Of a stretch of 64,000 nucleotides of DNA, positions 1-8,455 are shown one piece after another. Under the pieces are notes generated by a model, which saw only the letters and a program-made list of their open reading frames with translations, was not told where the DNA came from and ran no database searches. The stretch's first letter is position 1; every line of letters starts with the position of its first letter. Position numbers and translations under genes: made by a program. The DNA comes from an uncultured Porphyromonadaceae bacterium (GTDB lineage: Bacteria > Bacteroidota > Bacteroidia > Bacteroidales > Muribaculaceae): contig CAMWMK010000002.1 of assembly GCA_947175295.1 (NCBI GenBank), forward strand, positions 11,290-75,289. The letters are read 5' to 3'.

Positions 1-2244
1 GGCCTGTCGGTCACGGAATACAGCGACGGCGCGGCCTTTGACAGCGGCCGCACCGTGATATTCGGCGGTATCAACGGCCTGACCTTCATCAACAGGCATG
101 AGACATATAAGGCTCCGGAGCCTTACATGCCGGTGATATCCTTCCTCGGGCTCTCCATATCGGGACAGGACGTGCCGCTTGAAGACTACCTGAAGTCGAA
201 AGACGGAAAGCTCAGCCTTGAGCTTGCGTCAGACCAGAACTACTTCGCCATCACGATAGGAGTGCCTGACTTTATAGACGGCGCCAACTATGTGTATTAC
301 TATTCGCTCGACGGCAAATCATGGATCAACAACGCTTCGGAGACCACCATATCCTTCAACGGCATGAACTACGGCACCTACAACCTTATGGTGCGCTACA
401 TGAATCAGGCTACGGGAGTGGAGAGCGACCCCTGGATGATCAGCATCAAGGTGAACGCGCCCTGGTATCTGTCGGGATTCATGAAAATGGTCTATCTGCT
501 GATGATATTGGCTGCCATCGGATGCGGGGTATGGCTCTATCTGCGCCGCCAGAAGCAGAAACAGGAGGAGGAGCTGAAGCGTCTCGAGCACAGCCACAGG
601 GAAGAGGTATATGAAGAGAAGCTTAAGTTCTTCACCAACATCACCCATGAGTTCTGCACGCCGCTGACGCTGATCTACGGCCCCTGCGAAAGAATCTCCA
701 ACTATCCGGGCTCGGACGACTACATAAAGAAGTACATAGGACTTGTGCGCACGAATGCCGAGCGCCTGAACACCCTCATACAGGAGCTGATCGACTTCCG
801 ACGTATGGAGACCGGGCATAAGAAGCTGAAAGTGACGGAAGTGGGGATGAGTGAGCTCTGCTCCGACATATCCACTTCCTTCTCCGAGCTTGCCGACAGG
901 AACAACGTCACGCTCATAGATGAAATAGAACCCTCCATAGCATGGCCCACCGACTTCGGATGCGTGAGGAAGATCATGACCAACCTCATCTCAAACGCGT
1001 TCAAATACACTCCCTCGGGAGGCACGATAAGGATCGGAGTCAGGGAGGAAGGCGACAGACTCCGCTTATCGGTCTACAATACCGGCAAGGGCATCAGCGA
1101 GGATGATAAGAAGCAGATATTCAACCGCTACAGCGTGCTCGACAACGTCGAGGAGAACGCTGTGAAGGGGCTTTCGGCCCGCAACGGCCTGGGCCTTGCA
1201 ATCTGCCACAGCATGGTGGATATGCTCAAGGGCCGGATCGCGATAGAAAGCGAGGTAGGGAAGTATGCGGAATTCATAGTGACACTGCCTAAGCTGCAGA
1301 TCCCGGAGGAGAACACGGGAGAAGCATCCGCGCCCGCAGCAGACATGGGGGGAACTACTAAGGATGCTAATGAAACCGCGGAGCAGGAAGCGATGCCTAT
1401 GGACGAGGGCGTAGAGCCACCGACGCCGGAGCCTAAGGGGGATAGAAGCAGGATACTTGTGGTAGACGACAACCGCGGCATACTCACCCTGCTTAAGGAC
1501 TCACTGTCGGAATTCGACGTAGAGGCGGTGGATTCCGCCGACCTGGCAGTGGAATCGATACGCCAGACGCCTCCCGACCTGATAATATCCGACATCATGA
1601 TGCCGGGAACCGACGGAGTGACCTTCACCCGCATGATAAGGCAGAACAAGCATACGATGCACATACCGCTGATACTCCTTTCGGCCAAGAACCGCAATGA
1701 GGAGAAGGTGGAGGGCATAGAGTCGGGGGCTGACGCATATATCGGCAAGCCGTTCAGCACGCAGTATCTCGTGGCGATGACGAAACGCCTGCTTGAGAAC
1801 AGAAAGCATCTACGCGAATACTATTCCACATCGGCCAGCGCATACGAATATACCGACGGGCAACTGCTGCATAAGGAAGACAAAGACTTCCTCGACCAGA
1901 TAACGGCCTTCATAGAAGAGAACATCGACAGCGAGGAGCTCGGCCCGGAGCAGCTGGCAGCCCATATGAAGATAAGCGTCAGGAACCTCTACCGGAAGTT
2001 TAAGGAGCTCGAGCAGCTTTCGCCCAACGACTTCATCAAATACCAGCGCATCAGTTACGCCGCACGGCTTCTGCTGACCACATCGGCCACCGTGCAGGAG
2101 ATACTCTACAGAAGCGGATTCACCAACCGCTCTCATTTCTACAAGGAATTCGACAAGCGCTTCGGCATGACGCCCAAAGCATACAGGGACGCCAACGTGA
2201 AGAAGGACACTTCGCTGGAAAACAGCAGAAAACCAAAGGATTGA
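1..2244 (+). CDS. Hybrid two-component system (HTCS) sensor histidine kinase/response regulator with AraC-type HTH; 5' end cut by the window edge
   Basis: Frame 1 is open from nt 1. The listed GTG at 55 is only an internal codon. The translation shows a TM segment, a HisKA H-box (FFTNITHEFCTPLT), a HATPase motif (NGLGLAICH), a receiver domain (ILVVDDN...DLIISDIMMPGTDG...SAK) and a C-terminal AraC HTH (SGFTNRSHFYKEFDKRFGMTPKAYR). Confidence 0.9.
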   Translation, partial: GLSVTEYSDGAAFDSGRTVIFGGINGLTFINRHETYKAPEPYMPVISFLGLSISGQDVPLEDYLKSKDGKLSLELASDQNYFAITIGVPDFIDGANYVYYYSLDGKSWINNASETTISFNGMNYGTYNLMVRYMNQATGVESDPWMISIKVNAPWYLSGFMKMVYLLMILAAIGCGVWLYLRRQKQKQEEELKRLEHSHREEVYEEKLKFFTNITHEFCTPLTLIYGPCERISNYPGSDDYIKKYIGLVRTNAERLNTLIQELIDFRRMETGHKKLKVTEVGMSELCSDISTSFSELADRNNVTLIDEIEPSIAWPTDFGCVRKIMTNLISNAFKYTPSGGTIRIGVREEGDRLRLSVYNTGKGISEDDKKQIFNRYSVLDNVEENAVKGLSARNGLGLAICHSMVDMLKGRIAIESEVGKYAEFIVTLPKLQIPEENTGEASAPAADMGGTTKDANETAEQEAMPMDEGVEPPTPEPKGDRSRILVVDDNRGILTLLKDSLSEFDVEAVDSADLAVESIRQTPPDLIISDIMMPGTDGVTFTRMIRQNKHTMHIPLILLSAKNRNEEKVEGIESGADAYIGKPFSTQYLVAMTKRLLENRKHLREYYSTSASAYEYTDGQLLHKEDKDFLDQITAFIEENIDSEELGPEQLAAHMKISVRNLYRKFKELEQLSPNDFIKYQRISYAARLLLTTSATVQEILYRSGFTNRSHFYKEFDKRFGMTPKAYRDANVKKDTSLENSRKPKD

Positions 2245-2280
2245 CCGGCACGCCGCGATGTGCTGAAATGTGTCAAAAGC

Positions 2281-2340
2281 GTAAACATGGCTGCCAGGAT
2301 GCAAATGACAATGTATCTGGCAGCCATGTTTACATTTATT
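2281..2340 (+). terminator. Intrinsic terminator-like hairpin after the HTCS gene
   Basis: A perfect 17-bp stem (GTAAACATGGCTGCCAG at 2281-2297 pairs with CTGGCAGCCATGTTTAC at 2317-2333) is followed by ATTTATTAT. Confidence 0.7.
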
Positions 2341-2354
2341 ATATACCATAGGAT

Positions 2355-2362
2355 TAACTTTG
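2355..2362 (+). promoter_or_regulatory. Bacteroidetes -7 promoter element TAACTTTG upstream of the GH125 gene
   Basis: The sequence matches the TAnnTTTG consensus exactly and lies 24 nt upstream of the ATG at 2386. Confidence 0.55.
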
Positions 2363-2385
2363 CAATCGATTAAACTGATCTAACA

Positions 2386-3858
2386 ATGAATTCAGATATG
2401 GGAAAAATGTTGATTGCAATGGCCGCCCTGCTGCTTTCCGGAGCGACAGCGGCCGCAAGCGGAAACGCCGGACAGTGTCCGCGCGACAATGTATCTGCAG
2501 GCAGCGATGCCTACAGACTGACAAGCTGCCGTCCGGCGCAGGGCGAGCGCCTCTTCCACTCCGACGCAGTGGAGAATGAAATCAAGCGCATCAAGAAGCA
2601 GCTTAAGAATGAGAAACTGGCATGGATGTTTGAGAACTGTTTTCCGAACACCATCGACACCACCGTGCACTACCGCATAGGAGACGACGGCAAGAACGAC
2701 ACATTCGTCTACACCGGCGACATCCACGCCATGTGGCTGCGCGACTCGGGAGCCCAGGTGTGGCCCTACGTGCAGCTCGCCAACGAAGACGCCGCCCTCA
2801 AGGCCATGCTCGAAGGGGTGATACGCAGGCAGCTGAAATGCATACTGCTCGATCCATATGCCAACGCATTCAACGACGGCCCGACAGGAGGGGAGTGGAT
2901 GACCGACCTGACCGACATGATCCCCGACGTGCATGAACGCAAGTGGGAGATCGACTCGCTCTGCTATCCGATCAGGCTCGCCTATGAATACTGGAAAGTG
3001 ACGGGCGACGACTCCATCTTCGACGAGGAGTGGCTGATGGCCATGGACAATATCCTTACCACCTTCAAGGAGCAGCAGCGCTACGAGGGACCGGGCAAAT
3101 ACAAATTCCAGCGTAAGACCGAGCGTGCCCTCGACACGCTCAACAACGACGGCCTCGGCGCTCCCGTGAAGCCCTGCGGACTGATTGTATCGTGTTTCCG
3201 GCCGTCTGACGACGCCACTACGCTGCAGTATCTCGTGCCGTCTAACTTCTTCGCTGTCTCATGCCTGCGCAAGGCAGCAGAGATACTTGACAGCGTCAAC
3301 CACGACAGCAGGAAATGCGCGGAATGCCGCAGGCTGGCCGACGAGGTGGACAACGCCCTGAAGGTCTATGCCACTTACAAGCATCCGATGTATGGAGAGA
3401 TATATGCTTTCGAGGTAGACGGCTTCGGAAACCACTATCTGATGGACGACTCCAACGCACCGAGCCTTCTCTCGCTGCCATATCTCTGCGATGTGGACGT
3501 AAACGATCCCATCTATCAGAACACGCGCCGTTTTGTATGGAGCGAATCCAATCCCTATTTCTTCAGGGGTACAGCAGGCGAGGGCATCGGAGGCCCGCAT
3601 ATCGGATATGACATGGTGTGGCCGATGAGCATCATGATGAAGGCCTTCACAAGCCAGGACGACGCGGAGATAGCGGAATGCGTGCAGATGCTGCTCGATA
3701 CGGACGCAGGCACAGGATTCATGCATGAATCATTCCATAAGGACGATGCATCCAACTTCACGCGTCCATGGTTTGCCTGGCAGAACACCCTCTTCGGTGA
3801 ACTTATAGTGAAACTCGTGAACGACGGAAAAATAGATCTTCTAAACTCGCTGTCATGA
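2386..3858 (+). CDS. Glycoside hydrolase family 125 (metal-independent exo-alpha-1,6-mannosidase, DUF1237)
   Basis: 490 aa with a signal peptide. Contains the motif FVYTGDIHAMWLRDSGAQVWPY and has the overall length typical of GH125. Confidence 0.8.
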   Translation: MNSDMGKMLIAMAALLLSGATAAASGNAGQCPRDNVSAGSDAYRLTSCRPAQGERLFHSDAVENEIKRIKKQLKNEKLAWMFENCFPNTIDTTVHYRIGDDGKNDTFVYTGDIHAMWLRDSGAQVWPYVQLANEDAALKAMLEGVIRRQLKCILLDPYANAFNDGPTGGEWMTDLTDMIPDVHERKWEIDSLCYPIRLAYEYWKVTGDDSIFDEEWLMAMDNILTTFKEQQRYEGPGKYKFQRKTERALDTLNNDGLGAPVKPCGLIVSCFRPSDDATTLQYLVPSNFFAVSCLRKAAEILDSVNHDSRKCAECRRLADEVDNALKVYATYKHPMYGEIYAFEVDGFGNHYLMDDSNAPSLLSLPYLCDVDVNDPIYQNTRRFVWSESNPYFFRGTAGEGIGGPHIGYDMVWPMSIMMKAFTSQDDAEIAECVQMLLDTDAGTGFMHESFHKDDASNFTRPWFAWQNTLFGELIVKLVNDGKIDLLNSLS

Positions 3859-4784
3859 ACAGGAAAAACATTATGATCACGGTGATGATGCTCCTAAGCG
3901 TCATCACCTCCGCTTTTTCGGCGCGTACCGCAGAGTTTAACGTGGCCTCCTACAATCTTCGCCAGCAGAACAGGGAGGACTCCATACGGGGAGATGTCTG
4001 GAGCCGACGCTGCCCTGCGATAGCAGACATCGTCCGCTTCCACGAATTCAACATCTTCGGCACTCAGGAAGGCTTCAAAAACCAGCTTGAAGACCTGAAG
4101 GCCCTTCTTCCCGGTTTCGAATACATAGGAGTGGCGCGAGAAGACGGGAAGAACGTAGGGGAGCACTCCGCCATCTTTTACGACACGCATCTCTTCGAAC
4201 TCTTAGACCATGGCGACTTCTGGCTTTCGGAGACCCCCGACAGGCCCGGACTCGGCTGGGACGCCGCATGCGTGCGGATATGCTCATGGGGCAAGTTCAG
4301 GCATATAGCCAGCGGAAAAATATTCCAGTTCTTCAACCTTCATCTCGACCATGTGGGCACGAAGGCGCGAGTGGAAAGCGTTCTGCTCGTACAGCGCAAG
4401 ATGCGCGAGATCGGTCTTGACCTGCCGACATTCCTCACAGGAGACTTCAACGTAGACCAGACCCATGATATGTATGCAGTGCTATCCTCCTCGGATTTCC
4501 TTGCCGACTCGTTCAAGACAGCGGGTTTCGTATACGCTCCCAACGGAACCTTCAACAGCTGGAAGACCGATGGCTACACCGACAGCCGCATCGACCATAT
4601 CTTCGTGACCGACGACATCACGGTAGACAAATACGGGGTACTTACCGACACCTACCGCACGCCGCTCGACCTGGAAGCGGAATATGATGCGAAGGACTTC
4701 CCGGAGGAACTTAAGCTCAACGCCTACAGGAGCCGCGTGCCCTCGGATCATTTCCCGGTAAAGATCAAGGTTAGGATTGAGTAA
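3855..4784 (+). CDS. Endonuclease/exonuclease/phosphatase (EEP) family protein, secreted
   Basis: 309 aa with a signal peptide. The N-terminal FNVASYNLR and C-terminal IDHIF...PSDHFPV motifs are typical of the EEP fold. The start overlaps the GH125 stop (ATGA), which indicates translational coupling. Confidence 0.8.
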   Translation: MNRKNIMITVMMLLSVITSAFSARTAEFNVASYNLRQQNREDSIRGDVWSRRCPAIADIVRFHEFNIFGTQEGFKNQLEDLKALLPGFEYIGVAREDGKNVGEHSAIFYDTHLFELLDHGDFWLSETPDRPGLGWDAACVRICSWGKFRHIASGKIFQFFNLHLDHVGTKARVESVLLVQRKMREIGLDLPTFLTGDFNVDQTHDMYAVLSSSDFLADSFKTAGFVYAPNGTFNSWKTDGYTDSRIDHIFVTDDITVDKYGVLTDTYRTPLDLEAEYDAKDFPEELKLNAYRSRVPSDHFPVKIKVRIE

Positions 4785-5025
4785 GGGTTGAGGATTAGTG
4801 GTTAATGGTTGGGGAGAAGCGAAGTGGCTGATGTTCAGTGTGTGTCGGATAGTGCCAGAAGTGTATGCGGAAATGAATACATACAGTTTAGGCGTTGACG
4901 GGATACATGAAAAAGAAAAATTTACGCTTACTTTGCATCGTCAACGCAAGAAGCCATCAGCTATTGCGGCGACGTAAGGACAATGACAGTACAAGATGTT
5001 TTTTGGTAATATACAATTAGGTTTA

Positions 5026-5064
5026 TTTAGGTTAATATTTAGGTTATTTTAGGTTCGATGTAAA
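5026..5064. promoter_or_regulatory. Four direct TTAGGTT repeats at helical spacing in front of the PUL structural genes; candidate operator
   Basis: TTAGGTT occurs at 5026-5032, 5036-5042, 5048-5054 and 5058-5064, so starts are spaced 10, 12 and 10 bp apart. The array lies about 90 bp upstream of the ATG at 5154. Confidence 0.4.
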
Positions 5065-5153
5065 GAGTTTCAGCAAAGGTAGACTGAAGGTAAGAAGATT
5101 GTTTAAAAGATTCAATACAGATAGGAAATTTAAAACCAACATCATATTAATTT

Positions 5154-6959
5154 ATGGCATTAACAAAACTTTTCAATCGTTTGGGAATGGCGGCGCTGGT
5201 AGTGCTGCTGTCCTGTTTCGCCACCGGATGTTCGGACAAGGACGATGTCCTGACCGATGTAGTGGTAGGCTCCGGAACTGTAAGCGGTACAGTTACCGAT
5301 GAAAACAACCAGCCGCTGTCGGGAGTGACCGTCACCGACCTGTCTTCAACGAAATCGACTGTCTCCTCAGGCGACGGCGGCTTCACGCTTTCCGACATTC
5401 CCCTCCACAGCCAGGGCCAGATCGTGAGCTTCACGAAAGAGGGATATGAGGAGGTGTCGATCACTCTCGTTCCCTCCAAGTTCGCGAAAGGCATGGCTAC
5501 GGCAGACGTGCAGATGACATTCGCCAACGCAGTGATCAAAGGTCACCTTACAGACGCCCAGAACGGCGACAAGCCTCTCGAAGGAGCATTGGTAAGCGTG
5601 AGCGCAACCAAATCGGCGGTTTCAGATGCCGACGGTTATTATGAGATCTCAGGACTCGCGCTCAGAGACTATACCCTGACCATCACTAAGGCCGGATATC
5701 CCACGGTAAACGCCAATATCGGCATCAATGATTTCGTCGACGGCGTAGTAGTGTATGATGCCCGCCTCGGCGCAGTCGAACTTCTCCGCGGCCTCACGAT
5801 CGACGACCTCCGCAAGGCTCCGAGATGGTACAACAACGAATACAAGGGTGGCCGCAACGCCGACGCTTATCCTATGTTTGACTGGGCTTGCGACTACATG
5901 GGCTCATTCGCAACCTGGACAGGCGACTATGAGGAGCAGAACGAAGGTTCGACACTCCGCATCCGCAACGGCGAAGACGACCAGAAGAACCCCGCCGACG
6001 AGAAGAACTTCGACACATTCGTATATGGCCGCAAGCTCATCACCGCCGACAACAGCCACTTGACCATCCAGCTCCGCACCCACCAGTCGCCCTGCTACTG
6101 GGGCGTACAGATCATCGACCTCACCAAGGCTGATCCGACAGTGGAATACGTGGGCAACACAAGGGTAGCCGACAATGGCTCGTACTACAGCGAATTCTTC
6201 GACCTCTCTCCGTGGGAGGGTAAGGAAGTAGTGGTAGCCGTAGGCCACTACCGCATGGAGACCGGCGACTACTGGCGCCAGCTCGTGCTCCGTCGCCTCG
6301 CCTTCAGCAATGTATATTTCGACCCGAGCGAGGTCTACACCTGGATGCCCGGCACTGAGATCGCCGACCTTCCCGGCTGGCACATGACGGAATCGATGGT
6401 GCGCTCTTCAATGCCTCAGGACCTTACACACTACACGGGCATAAGCCCCGTAGGAGGCAACCGCGACAACTATATCGACGCCTATAGAAGCTGGCACGGC
6501 GCAGGCCACGTAATGGCTTACTGGAGCCACATGCCGCTCCACAAGGATCCGGACGTATTCGCCAACGAAGGCTACATGATCAAGACCCGCGGCAACGAGG
6601 CTCCCGACACCAAGGAACCGGAGCAGTACGTATACGCGAAGTATTCCATCGCTCCCGGCCACAACAAGCTGACGCTCACAACCCGCAACTTCGGAGATAA
6701 CGCCACCTACTTCAAGCTCACAGCGATCACAATGGACTGCAAGGCCCACTTCATGGCTCCCGCATCCAACACTGCGATGGAGGCTTCGGCAGCCGAAGAC
6801 GGTTGCTGGAAGTTCAGAAGCGGCGATGACTACTGCAAGTTCACCTACGACCTTTCTGAATTCGACGGCCAGGACGTGATGATCTGCATCAGTGTCCACA
6901 ACGGCGAGAAGAACGGCGATGAGAACAAGCTCACCCTCAATGCAATCGATATCGAATAA
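5154..6959 (+). CDS. Lipoprotein with two N-terminal carboxypeptidase-regulatory-like (CarbopepD_reg) domains and an uncharacterised ~390-aa C-terminal domain; possible surface glycan-binding protein
   Basis: Lipobox LLSCFATGCSD. Two repeats resemble GTVTDENNQPLSGVTVT...GGFTL and GHLTDAQNGDKPLEGALVSV...GYYEISGL. The gene sits in PUL context immediately upstream of GH76 and SusC. Confidence 0.6.
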   Translation: MALTKLFNRLGMAALVVLLSCFATGCSDKDDVLTDVVVGSGTVSGTVTDENNQPLSGVTVTDLSSTKSTVSSGDGGFTLSDIPLHSQGQIVSFTKEGYEEVSITLVPSKFAKGMATADVQMTFANAVIKGHLTDAQNGDKPLEGALVSVSATKSAVSDADGYYEISGLALRDYTLTITKAGYPTVNANIGINDFVDGVVVYDARLGAVELLRGLTIDDLRKAPRWYNNEYKGGRNADAYPMFDWACDYMGSFATWTGDYEEQNEGSTLRIRNGEDDQKNPADEKNFDTFVYGRKLITADNSHLTIQLRTHQSPCYWGVQIIDLTKADPTVEYVGNTRVADNGSYYSEFFDLSPWEGKEVVVAVGHYRMETGDYWRQLVLRRLAFSNVYFDPSEVYTWMPGTEIADLPGWHMTESMVRSSMPQDLTHYTGISPVGGNRDNYIDAYRSWHGAGHVMAYWSHMPLHKDPDVFANEGYMIKTRGNEAPDTKEPEQYVYAKYSIAPGHNKLTLTTRNFGDNATYFKLTAITMDCKAHFMAPASNTAMEASAAEDGCWKFRSGDDYCKFTYDLSEFDGQDVMICISVHNGEKNGDENKLTLNAIDIE

Positions 6960-6979
6960 TCATCTAAACGGACTCTGAG

Positions 6980-8434
6980 ATGAAAGCATCAAACATATTG
7001 CTCGCCATGTCTCTGCTATTGAGTTCCGCCTCCTGTTCTTCCGACGATCCCAATGGACCGTCGGAAGAAAACAAGGGGGACACTCCCGGAGTAGTTACTC
7101 CCGGCTCTGTAGCCGAGACCAATACGCTCCGCGCCATCAAGATCATCAACGCCGCGATGGACAATTACTTCGACGGATCGAGCATGCAGATGGCCCGCTA
7201 CTACAATCCATTCACCGGAAAGAAGTCAAGCGAAACCGGGAGCGTCTGGATGTATACAAGCTCCATCGAGGCAGTGAACGCCACCCTCAAGGCGATGAAG
7301 GACCTCAAGGAGAGCGGATCGCCAGCCCTCTACAACGAGTATTGGGACACATACACCAAACTGCTTGACAGCCTGGTGACCAATCTTGAGTATTACGCAG
7401 GCACCTTCGACCTTACTTCCTACACGGGCACCAACAGCTGGACGGTCTATGCAGTGAACAGGGCCGGCAGCCCCGGCAGCGCCGACGTCACCGGCGTGCT
7501 GAATGTCTACGACGACCAGGAGTGGCTCGTAAGGGAACTTCTGGAAGCCTATGAAGCGACCGGCAGCGGAAAGTATCTTGAGAAGGCCGAGTATCTCGCT
7601 TCCTATGTGCTCGACGGCTGGGACTGCACCCTTGACGGCAACGGAAACGAAAACGGCGGCATCACATGGGGCCCGGGCTACACCACCAAGCATTCCTGCA
7701 GCAATGGTCCGATCATCGATCCGCTCGTAACGCTGAGTAAGATCTATAAGGGAAAGGGCGACAAAGTGACGTATAAGATCGTAGAGGCCGACAACAGCCG
7801 CAAGGAAGTGACCGAGCCTAAGGCCGACTACTACCTTAAGATGGCCAAGAAGGTATACGACTGGCAGAAGCGGAAACTCTTCAACCAGGATAAAGGAGTC
7901 TACTGGGATATGCTCGGAGCCGATGGCGGCGTGAGCTACGAGACAATAGACGGAGTGCGCTACCGCAAGAACAACCGCGACACAGGAGCGACTGGCAATT
8001 TCTACAGCTACAACACCGGCACAATGCTTTCGGGAGCCGCCGCGCTGGCCGAGGCCGGAGCGGAAGGAGGCTATGTCGACGACGTGAAGGCACTGACTGC
8101 CTCGAGCTTCTCCTACTTCGCGAAACTCGGAGCAAGCCTCAAGGGCTACTACACGTTTGAGCTGACGGGCTTTAGCCCATGGTTTAACTGCGTGCTGATG
8201 AGAGGCTATGCCGAGGCTTATCCCCTGTGTGCTTCCGCCGCCGACGGCCTGAAGGCTTTCCAGGACAACCTCGACTACGGCTACGGCAATTTCCTTCAGG
8301 GCGACATGCTCCCCGTCAATCCCCTCGGAGGCTGGAACCGCGACCACTCGAAGTGCGACACCGAAGCGATGTTCACTTTCGCGTCAGCAACGGAATACGC
8401 CATCCTTGCAAGCCATGCACTTATAAAGAAATAA
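6980..8434 (+). CDS. Glycoside hydrolase family 76 (endo-alpha-1,6-mannanase) lipoprotein
   Basis: 484 aa with lipobox LLSSASCSSD. The VYDDQEWLVRELLEAYEATGSGKYLEKAEYL segment carries the adjacent DD pair typical of GH76. The gene is co-located with GH125. Confidence 0.75.
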   Translation: MKASNILLAMSLLLSSASCSSDDPNGPSEENKGDTPGVVTPGSVAETNTLRAIKIINAAMDNYFDGSSMQMARYYNPFTGKKSSETGSVWMYTSSIEAVNATLKAMKDLKESGSPALYNEYWDTYTKLLDSLVTNLEYYAGTFDLTSYTGTNSWTVYAVNRAGSPGSADVTGVLNVYDDQEWLVRELLEAYEATGSGKYLEKAEYLASYVLDGWDCTLDGNGNENGGITWGPGYTTKHSCSNGPIIDPLVTLSKIYKGKGDKVTYKIVEADNSRKEVTEPKADYYLKMAKKVYDWQKRKLFNQDKGVYWDMLGADGGVSYETIDGVRYRKNNRDTGATGNFYSYNTGTMLSGAAALAEAGAEGGYVDDVKALTASSFSYFAKLGASLKGYYTFELTGFSPWFNCVLMRGYAEAYPLCASAADGLKAFQDNLDYGYGNFLQGDMLPVNPLGGWNRDHSKCDTEAMFTFASATEYAILASHALIKK

Positions 8435-8455
8435 TCTAATCAACATCATTTCAAT

